Positions 7,834 to 16,696 of a stretch of DNA of 20,000 nucleotides are shown here, piece by piece (within the stretch, counting starts at the first letter, position 1; each line of letters starts with the position of its first letter). The position numbers were made by a program, and so were the translations under genes. Origin of the DNA: an uncultured virus (IMG/VR IMGVR_UViG_2731639221_000001) (lineage: Duplodnaviria; Heunggongvirae; Uroviricota; Caudoviricetes). Below the pieces are notes generated by a model. That model was not told the DNA's origin and ran no database searches. It saw only the letters and a list, made by a program, of their open reading frames with translations. The stretch lies in the IMG/VR virus record IMGVR_UViG_2731639221_000001, positions 47,137 to 67,136 of that record; one strand, written 5' to 3'.

Positions 7834-9186
7834 TTAGCTAAAGAATGAGTGAGATAATAAAGACAGAGCATTTTCTTCTTTCGATACCCGAATATATCGC
7901 ATAAAAGACGATTCTGTCTTGTGACCTGTAATTTGCATGATAGCTATACTTTGAAGACCACTTAAGTGAGCATTTGTCGCAAAACTTCTTCGAGCCGTAT
8001 GAGAAGTTACCAGTTCACATTTCTCGTATGTCTGCTCTTTTTTGATTCCGCCTTTTGTTTCCATTACGGAGATAAGGTCTGTAATATCAGCCATACGACA
8101 CAGTTTTTTTATCATACGATTGGTTGATTGATTACATTGTATCGTAGGTGGTTGATTATTATGTTTTCTGAAAATCGCTTCAACTTTTGGATGAATTGGA
8201 ATAACAACAGGTGCATTTGTTTTTTGAGTAACGATAGATATAATTTTCCGTTCAAAATTGATGTGCTTTTCTTCTAATCGAGCCAAGTCGCTGTATCGAA
8301 GCCCTGTATAGCAACTAACATAAAAACCATCTCGAACATGGGCTTGGCTCTCTGGCAATTCCAAATCATATAGTGCATCAAGTTCTGTTTCTGTCAAATA
8401 AACGGTCTCAACATCTTCTTTATAAACCTTGAATTCCCGTTTCTTGTAATCATCATTAGTTGTGTAATCATTTTCATAGGCATACCGCATAAAAACCTTT
8501 ATATTCTTAATGAATTTTCCGACAACATTAGGTCTGTACTGTCCCCTTGCATGCGTTGCTTCATTCAGGAACTTGATAAAATCATTGTAAAATTCAACAG
8601 TAATAGATTCAAATCTGAGTTTAACTCTACGATTAGTTGAATACCTTTTCAATGCACTTTGAGTTGACAGGTAGTTTCTGATTGAGCCATCAACTAATTT
8701 TCCGCCTTTGTTGTTGAGAATAGAACCCTCTCGACACAATGCTATGTAATAATCAATGAATGAGTGAAAATCAGTAAAAATGCGTTTTTCTGTATTTTCA
8801 GAACGATTTAATTCTTTCTTTAGTTTTTCCCGAACCAAATCTGTAGTAGGACGTATATCTCTGAGCTTGAAATCTTCCATGACCTTAATCAGAGCATTGG
8901 TCGTTTTCTCAATCTCTTTGTTTACATTCCGTAAGATAGTTTGTAATTGAGGATTGCCTTTCAAATCGGGATTATGTTTAGAATCTTCGATAGCTTTACC
9001 AGCCTCTTTATCCCAATGATTGGGACTAACCTTGTAATCGGATGGAAGGTAAAAAGTTAATCGGCTTCCATTTACATTAATTCGAACACGGACAAGGGAA
9101 CACTCCTGTGTAGCATTCTTTAGAGAAAACCGCATGTTGTTTTTGGTGTAAACGGTATTCTTTAAATCTTTCAGTTTCAATCTCAT
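7834..9186 (-). CDS. Tyrosine site-specific integrase (Bacteroidota arm-binding + SAM-like + catalytic domains)
   Basis: Catalytic set GLRYSD (R), TQKT (K), HTARRSFAT (H-x-x-R), TGH, RYIR (Y); arm-DNA-binding-like N-terminus; start could alternatively be MRFSLKN. Confidence 0.95.
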   Translation of the reverse strand: MRLKLKDLKNTVYTKNNMRFSLKNATQECSLVRVRINVNGSRLTFYLPSDYKVSPNHWDKEAGKAIEDSKHNPDLKGNPQLQTILRNVNKEIEKTTNALIKVMEDFKLRDIRPTTDLVREKLKKELNRSENTEKRIFTDFHSFIDYYIALCREGSILNNKGGKLVDGSIRNYLSTQSALKRYSTNRRVKLRFESITVEFYNDFIKFLNEATHARGQYRPNVVGKFIKNIKVFMRYAYENDYTTNDDYKKREFKVYKEDVETVYLTETELDALYDLELPESQAHVRDGFYVSCYTGLRYSDLARLEEKHINFERKIISIVTQKTNAPVVIPIHPKVEAIFRKHNNQPPTIQCNQSTNRMIKKLCRMADITDLISVMETKGGIKKEQTYEKCELVTSHTARRSFATNAHLSGLQSIAIMQITGHKTESSFMRYIRVSKEENALSLLSHSFFS

Positions 9187-9462
9187 TGTAAAAAAATTTT
9201 AAGTTATTCAATAACTTATTTTCAAGAGCCGTTCCGTGCTTGTTAGACTTGAACTCAATATTTAGAGTTATTTGCCAAAAATAAAGCATCAAAATATGAC
9301 AGCTAGTCATGGGCTCTCGTCATGAATACCTTTGATAAACAAAAGTAGCTAAATAGACACTACCCATTAGTATAAAAAACTAAATTCTACGCATAAAAGT
9401 TAAAAATGAAAGAAAATGATTATATTTATAGCTTAATCTAAATCGAAGAAACAGACTTATAT

Positions 9463-9804
9463 ATGACTGCATCAAAGAAAAATAAAATCATATTGGATAG
9501 TGAAGCTCTCGAAATACGGAAAAAGCTAATTGAAGCAGCATCCAAAGGCGAAACACTTACTTATAGTGATTTGGTTAGTGACGATGATGATCGCCACATG
9601 GGCAAGCTAAGCAAGACTTTAGCTAGAATTTCTTGTTATGAAAGAAATGAGGATAGACCTTTCTTATGTGCTCTTGTTGTACAGAAAGCGACGGGTGTTC
9701 CTAGTACTGGTTTCTTCATGCTGTGTGATGATTTAGGGATTGACCATGACTTAGAAGATTTGCAGAGAGAGTGTTTTGAGTATTGGGGAGAGAATAAGAA
9801 ATAA
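9463..9804 (+). CDS. Small hypothetical protein, wHTH/ATL-like
   Basis: 113 aa; 'LIEAA..G.TLTYSDL...L..IS..E....RPFLCALVV.K.TG.PSTGFF' is a pattern I associate with small domains next to or fused to endonucleases; function is inferred. Confidence 0.6.
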   Translation: MTASKKNKIILDSEALEIRKKLIEAASKGETLTYSDLVSDDDDRHMGKLSKTLARISCYERNEDRPFLCALVVQKATGVPSTGFFMLCDDLGIDHDLEDLQRECFEYWGENKK

Positions 9805-9827
9805 GTATGACACTATTTATATAGAAT

Positions 9828-10997
9828 ATGAGAGAGTTTATATATAGACCAGAATTCGAAAATCTAAAAGGTAAATTAGAAAAAGTCAAAAAAGAAATAG
9901 AAAAAAGTTCGTTCAATATATTTTCCATCTCTTCGGTTAATTCTCACAAAGAGAACTATCACAGTGATATTATAGCCTTGCTGCTAGATCCTTTAGAAAA
10001 GCATAAAGCTGGAGATACTTATTTAAATCTATTCTTTGACTTCATGATAAACTCCTATGGGGTAGATATCAACAAGAATAACTATTGCAATGTTGAGATA
10101 AAGATAGAAAACCCAACTGATTCAATGAATTTGAAAGGGCGTATTGATATACTCATTAGAGATTCAAAAAGTAAGCATTGTATTATCATTGAAAATAAAA
10201 TTAACAATGCAGGGGATACACAAAATCAACTCGAAAAATATTATATTAATGAAACAAAATTAGGCTATACGGTAGATTCTATCGTGTATTTACCTCTTAA
10301 TCAAAATAAGAAAGCCCCTTTTACAGACAATAATGCTATCAACAGACTTATAGTAAATTTACCAGCATTCTCAAACAAGGCAGATGACTTGTATAATGGC
10401 TGGATTTTACCTTGCTATAAAGCTAATATTAATAATTCAGCGACCTCATTTATATACGAATATTCAAAACTTTTAAAACACTTATCACAAATGGGACTAG
10501 ATAGAAACATAAAGGACGAATTTTACGAAATAATATCAGAGCAAGGAGGATGGGATAGAGTAAAATCTATTGTAGAGCTGACCAATGGTTTAAATGAGTA
10601 TCGGACTGATATATTTATGGAGAAACTAAATGGAAAGTATGAACCATTCAAAAAGATGGCTCAATACAGAAAGAACTATTGGGTATTTTGGGGGTTTTCG
10701 GAAGAAGACAATGAGTATAAGCTAGATATTCAATTTACAGATACAGGAATTCAAATTGATATTTGGACACCCAATAAATGGTTCGCCTTAAAAGATGAGG
10801 ATGACAAAGAACAGGTAAGGAATATCGTTAGGGCTAAATTGAAGAATATTAACTATTATGATGGTTTTATGGAATTTGGTTATGGAAATGGAATGTATAA
10901 GGTCTTTACATTGCAAGAAAATCAAGGAATTAAAGATTTTGACAATGAAGTATTAGTATATATTCAAGGCTTCTTAAAAGAATTGAAAAGCAAATAA
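9828..10997 (+). CDS. PD-(D/E)XK nuclease superfamily protein (PDDEXK_4-like)
   Basis: ENYHSDIIALLLDP, GRIDILI, IIIENKIN.A.D..NQLEKYY. Confidence 0.85.
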   Translation: MREFIYRPEFENLKGKLEKVKKEIEKSSFNIFSISSVNSHKENYHSDIIALLLDPLEKHKAGDTYLNLFFDFMINSYGVDINKNNYCNVEIKIENPTDSMNLKGRIDILIRDSKSKHCIIIENKINNAGDTQNQLEKYYINETKLGYTVDSIVYLPLNQNKKAPFTDNNAINRLIVNLPAFSNKADDLYNGWILPCYKANINNSATSFIYEYSKLLKHLSQMGLDRNIKDEFYEIISEQGGWDRVKSIVELTNGLNEYRTDIFMEKLNGKYEPFKKMAQYRKNYWVFWGFSEEDNEYKLDIQFTDTGIQIDIWTPNKWFALKDEDDKEQVRNIVRAKLKNINYYDGFMEFGYGNGMYKVFTLQENQGIKDFDNEVLVYIQGFLKELKSK

Positions 10998-11048
10998 AGC
11001 ATCCCATAATACAAAATACTACTTTATAAATCTAATATTCTACATATC

Positions 11049-13001
11049 ATGACTGGAGACGTTATAAAAGAAAAAATACTAACATATATTGGTAAAGAAA
11101 AGACCAATTATGCTATGATGATTTCTGGGGAATGGGGAACTGGGAAAACATACTTGCTACAGAATGAAATTATGCCTGCTATATCGCAAGTGTCACTGCC
11201 TAATACTGATAATAAATATAGACCTGTATATGTAAGCTTAGCAGGAGTTAGTACTACAGAGAGATTAAGGGAGTTGATGTTTGCTTCCATCAATTTGAGA
11301 CCTCAAAAGAAAGAAACTCAATTAGAGTTCGAAATAGCACAATTTGAGAATCAAAAATCGGAAAATGATTATAGACCTAAATCTCTAATACCAGAAAATA
11401 TAGTATTCTGCTTCGATGATTTAGAACGTGTCCACACTCCTTTTTTAACGGAGTTATTAGCCTTTATAAACTCATATATAGAACATTCTGAAAACAAAGT
11501 ATTATTTGTTGCAGATAAAAAGAAACTACAAGAATATCTAAAGAATGAGTTTACAACTATAAAGGAAAAGTATATTCGACGATCCTTTGATTTAGATACA
11601 ACTTACGATGTTATATTCAGTAAATATACACGCTCTGAATCAGACAAAAAACAACCTTCTATACTTGAAAATAATGAAACTACTTTCAAATTGGAAGATA
11701 ATGATAAGAAATTAATAGAAAAAACATTTATAACTGGACAATGTAAAAACCTTAGGACATTGCAGTTCACTATAGATTCATTAGAAGAGATATTACGGGG
11801 ATTTGATTCTGTTAAAGAAAATATTGATGAAAAATATCATGCAACTATACGAGAACTTATTGTCTTTTATACAGCATTTGTTTCCATAGAATATAAGAAA
11901 GGTGTTTCATTCCACATTATTCAAAGTGTGAGTTTTCCAATTGCTAATAGAATACTATCTCTTGATGAGCAAGGACGGCGAATTATGCTCTCTTGGGAAG
12001 AGGACAAGAATGAACAAGTTGAAGAAACCGAAGAGCAAAGAAAACAAAGGGAAAGACTCTGGAAAAAAATAAGCGATATTGAGAATCTATATTTCCCCAA
12101 AGAAAAAGGCTATTTCACTGATGTTTCACAAAGAGAGCCATTTGATAGCATTGTTGAATACATTGATTCAGGCGAATTTAAAATAAAAACATTTAGAGCT
12201 GAAATAGAAAGAATAGTAGCCTCATTAATTCGAAGAGAAGGAACAAAGGACGATAAAATACGAAAGGAAATAAACCGTATTTATGATGTACCAGACGCTG
12301 ATGCAAGAAATATTATTAGAGAAGTACTTAAAGCAATAAAAGATACTTCTTATACAAAATTGTCTACCTATTTATCTCTCTTTAGTGATTTGTTAGTGTT
12401 AGAATCTCTCAAAATTCACAATTTTTGTGTTGATAAATCAGTAGTTAAAATATTTATCGATTCAATAAAAAAGAGCCTTAACGATAGAGTCCTAAGAATA
12501 GAACATTTCTTGCATGAACAGACATCTGGCAATTGGACTGTAGATTCTATTCAATCTGAAAAATTCCATCGTTTTAGAAAGTGTATACTAAAAGCGAATG
12601 ATGAATTAGATAGCGATACAGATATGGATAGTTCTGTTGAGGCTATTATTAATGTCATTGGAGGGACAGAAGGAGATTTAGAAAAAAATGTAGTAGAAGG
12701 CAAAAATAATTATACCTTGAAGGATGTAGATGCACTACCTATCTTTGGAAAGCTTACAAAATCTATTCCAAGAGCTATAGATAATTTCATTATGGCTTTA
12801 GATAGAAGGTATATTTTGAGCGGAGGTCATACACAAGCTTCTTATGAAAGAGGATTCATTAATAAAATGTTAGAGTTAGTTGATGAGCATTTGAGTTCGA
12901 TTGATGATAACAGACCTGTTAGTTATATAGTTTTTAACAACCTAAAAAAGAAATTAGAATATTGGATTAAATATTACTCTTTGAATAATGAAAAACATTA
13001 A
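11049..13001 (+). CDS. KAP-family P-loop NTPase
   Basis: Walker A GEWGTGKT, Walker B VFCFDDLER, IKEKYI, NLRTL; long helical C-terminal region; no TM segments. Confidence 0.85.
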   Translation: MTGDVIKEKILTYIGKEKTNYAMMISGEWGTGKTYLLQNEIMPAISQVSLPNTDNKYRPVYVSLAGVSTTERLRELMFASINLRPQKKETQLEFEIAQFENQKSENDYRPKSLIPENIVFCFDDLERVHTPFLTELLAFINSYIEHSENKVLFVADKKKLQEYLKNEFTTIKEKYIRRSFDLDTTYDVIFSKYTRSESDKKQPSILENNETTFKLEDNDKKLIEKTFITGQCKNLRTLQFTIDSLEEILRGFDSVKENIDEKYHATIRELIVFYTAFVSIEYKKGVSFHIIQSVSFPIANRILSLDEQGRRIMLSWEEDKNEQVEETEEQRKQRERLWKKISDIENLYFPKEKGYFTDVSQREPFDSIVEYIDSGEFKIKTFRAEIERIVASLIRREGTKDDKIRKEINRIYDVPDADARNIIREVLKAIKDTSYTKLSTYLSLFSDLLVLESLKIHNFCVDKSVVKIFIDSIKKSLNDRVLRIEHFLHEQTSGNWTVDSIQSEKFHRFRKCILKANDELDSDTDMDSSVEAIINVIGGTEGDLEKNVVEGKNNYTLKDVDALPIFGKLTKSIPRAIDNFIMALDRRYILSGGHTQASYERGFINKMLELVDEHLSSIDDNRPVSYIVFNNLKKKLEYWIKYYSLNNEKH

Positions 13002-13977
13002 GCTTATCTTGAAAGTATTAAACAAGTATAAATATCCTATAATTCTGGTATTCTTGATATTAATCCTTATTGCTATCCCTTGGATGATAAAACAAGACCT
13101 ATGGTATTGTGCTCCTATAAACCACGAATTATTTGGAACTTATGGGGATTTTGTAGGTGGTGTAATTGGTACTATTCTTGCAGCTATTGCTGTTTTCTAT
13201 GCAGTCAAGACATATCTTAAAGACAAAAAAAATGCAGAGCAGGGGAGATTGAGACAGCTACAAGAACAACAAAGTGCCGATATTGACAAACTTAAAAAAA
13301 AAATTGGGAATCACTTTTATACAATGTTGGCTAAACACAATGAATATTACTACTACTTAATAGAAAATGAAGAGGATTATTTTTCCAAGCAGATTAAATT
13401 ATTTTGCTCTATATTAGAGTCTTGTGAAAAAAATCTAAAAGTAAAGAGATCAAAGAAAGGTGTTTTAAACCTATCTTACTTGTATTTCTTCTATGGAGAA
13501 TATTTACAATTAAATACAATAGAAGAAAGTAAGCCTAAGCCTAATGTCATCAATAAGATGAATCATTATTTCCAAAGCCATAATATTATGTTGGAGGGAG
13601 CTTCTAAAAAGCTCGCCATTTATTTTCGACAGCTATATCAAATAGTCACTTATATTGATAATCAAACAATTTTGTCATACGATGAAAAATATAACTATAT
13701 TAAATCGTTGAGGGCAACATTGAGTAATGAAGAACAATATTTATTCTTTTTAAATTCATTATCAACCTTGGGGGATGTATGGGAATCAGTACCAAATGAA
13801 AAAAACGATAGATTAATAACTAAGTACAATTTAATAAAAAATATACCTCTCAATTTTCCTAGAATATTTGGAAACAATGATTTTGAGGATGAGTATTCTC
13901 GTATCCTTTATGAGTATAATGAATCGAATGAGGAATCGAAAAGGGAGCGAGAGCTGTGGGAGAAAGATTATAAATAA
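12988..13977 (+). CDS. Putative phage abortive-infection protein (putAbiC-like) with two N-terminal TM helices
   Basis: TM1, then FGTYGDFVGGVIG-TM2; C-terminal YFRQLYQIV..ID and EKYNYIKSLRATLSNEEQ; 14-nt overlap with the KAP gene. Confidence 0.8.
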   Translation: MKNIKLILKVLNKYKYPIILVFLILILIAIPWMIKQDLWYCAPINHELFGTYGDFVGGVIGTILAAIAVFYAVKTYLKDKKNAEQGRLRQLQEQQSADIDKLKKKIGNHFYTMLAKHNEYYYYLIENEEDYFSKQIKLFCSILESCEKNLKVKRSKKGVLNLSYLYFFYGEYLQLNTIEESKPKPNVINKMNHYFQSHNIMLEGASKKLAIYFRQLYQIVTYIDNQTILSYDEKYNYIKSLRATLSNEEQYLFFLNSLSTLGDVWESVPNEKNDRLITKYNLIKNIPLNFPRIFGNNDFEDEYSRILYEYNESNEESKRERELWEKDYK

Positions 13978-14007
13978 CTAATTGATTTTTTTGATTATTA
14001 TATTCAA

Positions 14008-14405
14008 GGTCTCAATCTGGGTCTCAATTTTTTGCTTTGCGAGATTTCTTTGTGTTTCCCTGTGATACTATGGGACAATCTGGGACATAAAAAACGAGAT
14101 CAGTCGAGGTCTCACTGCAAAATTGAGGAAATCTCATTTAGTGACCGCCAGGAACCTCAAATACATGTTTAAAGCCCCTGTAAGACAATAACTTACAGGG
14201 GCTTATTTTTTTCGGGGTTCCAAATCGGGTCCCAACGGCTGAGAGCTCATAATACTATCCAAATGGCACATTCATAGCTGATTATATGCAACTTTATATC
14301 TAATCTTCTTTCCCGAAATAAGTACTAAAATCCCACTTTGAACCTCAACTGATATACCGCAATTAAGTGGGCTCGGGTTCCAATTGAGAGCCCAGCTATG
14401 AGCCC
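14008..14405. mobile_element. Putative att junction between integrated elements (arm-type repeats around a tRNA-3'-like core)
   Basis: Tandem repeats GGTCTCAAT x2 (14008, 14020), TGGGACA x2 (14071, 14081), GGGTYCCAA x3 (14215, 14227, 14375), GAGCCC x2 (14388, 14400); core GTGACCGCCAGGA at 14141-14153. Confidence 0.55.
14172..14212 (+). terminator. Strong hairpin beside the att-like core
   Basis: AAGCCCCTGTAAG-acaataa-CTTACAGGGGCTT 13-bp perfect stem followed by ATTTTTTT. Confidence 0.7.
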
Positions 14406-14489
14406 GATACAATAATCAAACCATATTCTGTACATTTATCCAAATTAGTATTACTTTTGTTAAAACATACATTAATCACTTATCAGCCA

Positions 14490-14993
14490 ATGATAGCGAA
14501 TAGTCAGAATGAAGCATTACTAATACTAGCCAATTCAACGAAAGAGAAAGTTGAATGGGCTGAATATGCTAATTATTGTTCTGACTCGAAAGATGAAGAC
14601 ACAACCGATCGTGACAGCGATGGAGATAAGATTTACCCGGTATATATAAAATTCTATGCGGATGATTTAAAAGATCTTCCATGGGCTGTAGATTTTCGTG
14701 TTACTGATACTACTAAAGTGGGTAAAAGCGGCATCATAAGATTAATGAATGACCCAACTTTAAAAATACTTTATGCTTTTGATTGGGCATGTATAATGGA
14801 GTGGAATGAACCTGAAGTTAATATGCTCGTTCCACTTACAGGAACATATGATCTTATATGTAACAAATGCGGATCACGTTTTCAAAGATTTGGAGGTGAT
14901 GCAATATCTGGTATTGCCAAGGAGAAAAATAAAAACTTAAAACGCTATCAGGTGGTGAAGCAATCGGATGGTAGTTGGTTGATAACTAATTAA
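14490..14993 (+). CDS. Rieske-like (2Fe-2S ferredoxin-like) Bacteroidota protein, possibly chimeric at the N-terminus
   Basis: C-terminal 'YAFDWAC...LICNKCGSRF..FGG.AISG.AKE....LKRYQV'; the TTG at 14457 lies inside TACTTTTG (-7 element), so ATG 14490 is preferred. Confidence 0.55.
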   Translation: MIANSQNEALLILANSTKEKVEWAEYANYCSDSKDEDTTDRDSDGDKIYPVYIKFYADDLKDLPWAVDFRVTDTTKVGKSGIIRLMNDPTLKILYAFDWACIMEWNEPEVNMLVPLTGTYDLICNKCGSRFQRFGGDAISGIAKEKNKNLKRYQVVKQSDGSWLITN

Positions 14994-15010
14994 TAATAAT
15001 TTATATAAAA

Positions 15011-15544
15011 ATGAAAAATTTATTTATTGTATTGTTCTTATTGTTTCCCATATTAGCTTTTAGTCAGAAAATTGAAAAAAACGAGGTTGACGATTTTACA
15101 GGCAATAAGGTCATTTATACTTCTTGGGAAAAAATAAAAGGGGGAAATGTATTAACGGGTAGAGATAACCTTATGTTTATGCTTCGTTATGAAAATGGAA
15201 CTACCTATTTGCATTTAAAATGGATTACAGTTGAAATTACTTCAATCTCGAATGATGCTAAACTTATGTTCAAATTCAACGATGACTCAGTTGCTACTTT
15301 AAATTCTATATCTCATGTATTATCAGGGAAGGGTGAAGGCGTTACAGGTCTTAGTTGGAGTGCTATTATGGGCATTCATGCAATGTATAAGGGGGATGAT
15401 ATTATTAAATTCTCAGGCGATGCAGTAGCCACCAAGGTAAGGGTATATTCAACTGACGGTTATGTAGATATAGATATAAAGGATAAGGATGGGGCTAAAA
15501 TTAATAAAGCGTATAGTTTATTGACCGCTGCAATAAAAAAATAA
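15011..15544 (+). CDS. Hypothetical secreted protein
   Basis: Sec signal MKNLFIVLFLLFPILAFS-Q; mature part begins KIEKNEVDDFTG. Confidence 0.75.
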   Translation: MKNLFIVLFLLFPILAFSQKIEKNEVDDFTGNKVIYTSWEKIKGGNVLTGRDNLMFMLRYENGTTYLHLKWITVEITSISNDAKLMFKFNDDSVATLNSISHVLSGKGEGVTGLSWSAIMGIHAMYKGDDIIKFSGDAVATKVRVYSTDGYVDIDIKDKDGAKINKAYSLLTAAIKK

Positions 15545-15562
15545 ATACATTTAAACAGCATA

Positions 15563-15595
15563 GAAAAAGGCGAGTAGTAATTACTCGCCTTTTTC
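15563..15595. terminator. Bidirectional terminator overlapping the XRE 3' end
   Basis: GAAAAAGGCGAGTA-gtaat-TACTCGCCTTTTTC, 14-bp perfect inverted repeat. Confidence 0.75.
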
Positions 15596-15880
15596 GATCT
15601 TAGTTAATAACTGCCTTATATCTTCAATGGAATTGATTCCGTAAGCCTCTCCGTTGTGTCTTATTATTCCTATTGTTCCAGATTTACTGGGTGCATCAAA
15701 TAATTCTGTTATATCTACATTTAAAGCATTAGCTATTTTTTCTAATGATTGTAATTGCGGATATTCTCCTCGAAGTGTTTTATTCAAACTAATATCCGTT
15801 ATTCCCAATTTTTCGGCTAAATCCTTTTGTGTTATGCCTTTTATTTGGCATACCTCTTTTATTCTTTTTCTAAAATCCAT
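15581..15880 (-). CDS. XRE-family HTH repressor (prophage-like)
   Basis: MDFRKRIKEVCQIKGITQKDLAEKLGITDISLNKTLRGEYPQLQSLEKIANALNV; ATG at 15880 lies downstream of a minus-strand TATATTTG (15903-15910). Confidence 0.9.
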   Translation of the reverse strand: MDFRKRIKEVCQIKGITQKDLAEKLGITDISLNKTLRGEYPQLQSLEKIANALNVDITELFDAPSKSGTIGIIRHNGEAYGINSIEDIRQLLTKIEKGE

Positions 15881-16053
15881 AATACTACATAGTTTAATTT
15901 CACAAATATAGAAATTAATACTATGTAGTGCAATATATTGCAATCGGTAAATGTATATAGTTTAATAATTAAATTTTATTAACTGTTTGTGTATTGGTTT
16001 ATTAAACTAATTAGTTTTATTTTGTGGTGCAGGATAAAACTAAGTAGTTTAAT
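15879..16053. promoter_or_regulatory. Divergent promoter region with 4-5 copies of a 20-bp operator ATWAWACTA-NN-TAGTTTWAT
   Basis: Copies at 15879-15898, 15915-15934 (degenerate), 15947-15966 (half), 16001-16020 and 16034-16053. Confidence 0.7.
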
Positions 16054-16069
16054 ACTAAACCCCACAAAT

Positions 16070-16414
16070 ATGAAATTGATTTACGAAACAGACCGACCTT
16101 CTAAGACAGATTTCAACTCATTTTTGAATCAGTGTAAACGTGCAATCAATAAACTATATGGTTTTAATGTTTCCGTTAATCAGGAATTTTGGAGTTGCAG
16201 AGTTAATTCGATCTATGTAGATGGTGAAATGATTGACGGAAAAACTTATTGGGAAGAATTAAAAGAAACAGGAAGTTTATCGCTGACGGATGGTTTATTC
16301 TGTATTGATTTTCAATTTGACAGTCATGTTTATGCAGATTATTCTGTAAATTTTTATTTAGAAAATGGATTAATTACAAAAGAAGAATACAGTTTATTCC
16401 TTGATAATATATAA
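16070..16414 (+). CDS. Hypothetical phage-like protein (114 aa)
   Basis: ATG 16070 (MKLIYETD) after the leader AAACCCCACAAATATG; the upstream in-frame extension runs through the operators. Confidence 0.65.
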   Translation: MKLIYETDRPSKTDFNSFLNQCKRAINKLYGFNVSVNQEFWSCRVNSIYVDGEMIDGKTYWEELKETGSLSLTDGLFCIDFQFDSHVYADYSVNFYLENGLITKEEYSLFLDNI

Positions 16415-16426
16415 AACCCTACGAAT

Positions 16427-16696
16427 ATGAAAACAAAACAAACCGCCTATGTCTTTACCGATTGCGATGGATTAAAACACCCTTTCGAATACGAAACATT
16501 AGAATCACTATTTGAAGAAATCTATAAACTATGGAATGAGGACTATCCCGAAGAAGTAGATTTCAAAGTGACCCTGCCCGATGGTAATAGCTTTTGGCTA
16601 AATCTGACACTTATGCACTACTGTTTTAGCAAAGGGCGTATTTCAACTACCGAATTAATAGAGTTAATATTTGAAGAAAAGGAGGCACAAGCATGA
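16427..16696 (+). CDS. Hypothetical acidic protein (89 aa), likely paralog of 16693-17001
   Basis: ORF with leader AAACCCTACGAATATG; ATGA-coupled to the next gene. Confidence 0.7.
   Translation: MKTKQTAYVFTDCDGLKHPFEYETLESLFEEIYKLWNEDYPEEVDFKVTLPDGNSFWLNLTLMHYCFSKGRISTTELIELIFEEKEAQA

Noticed and set aside
9463..13977. Classical restriction-modification, BREX, CBASS or retron system
   Set aside because: No methyltransferase, PglZ/BrxC, cyclase or reverse transcriptase motifs anywhere in the window
14090..14215. Intact tRNA or other ncRNA gene
   Set aside because: Only a ~13-nt 3'-end-like fragment; no T-loop TTCRA or cloverleaf can be built
14160..14410. Invertible promoter (inverton)
   Set aside because: Inverted matches such as CCCACTT/AAGTGGG are short and enclose no clear TAnnTTTG element; better explained as att-arm sequence
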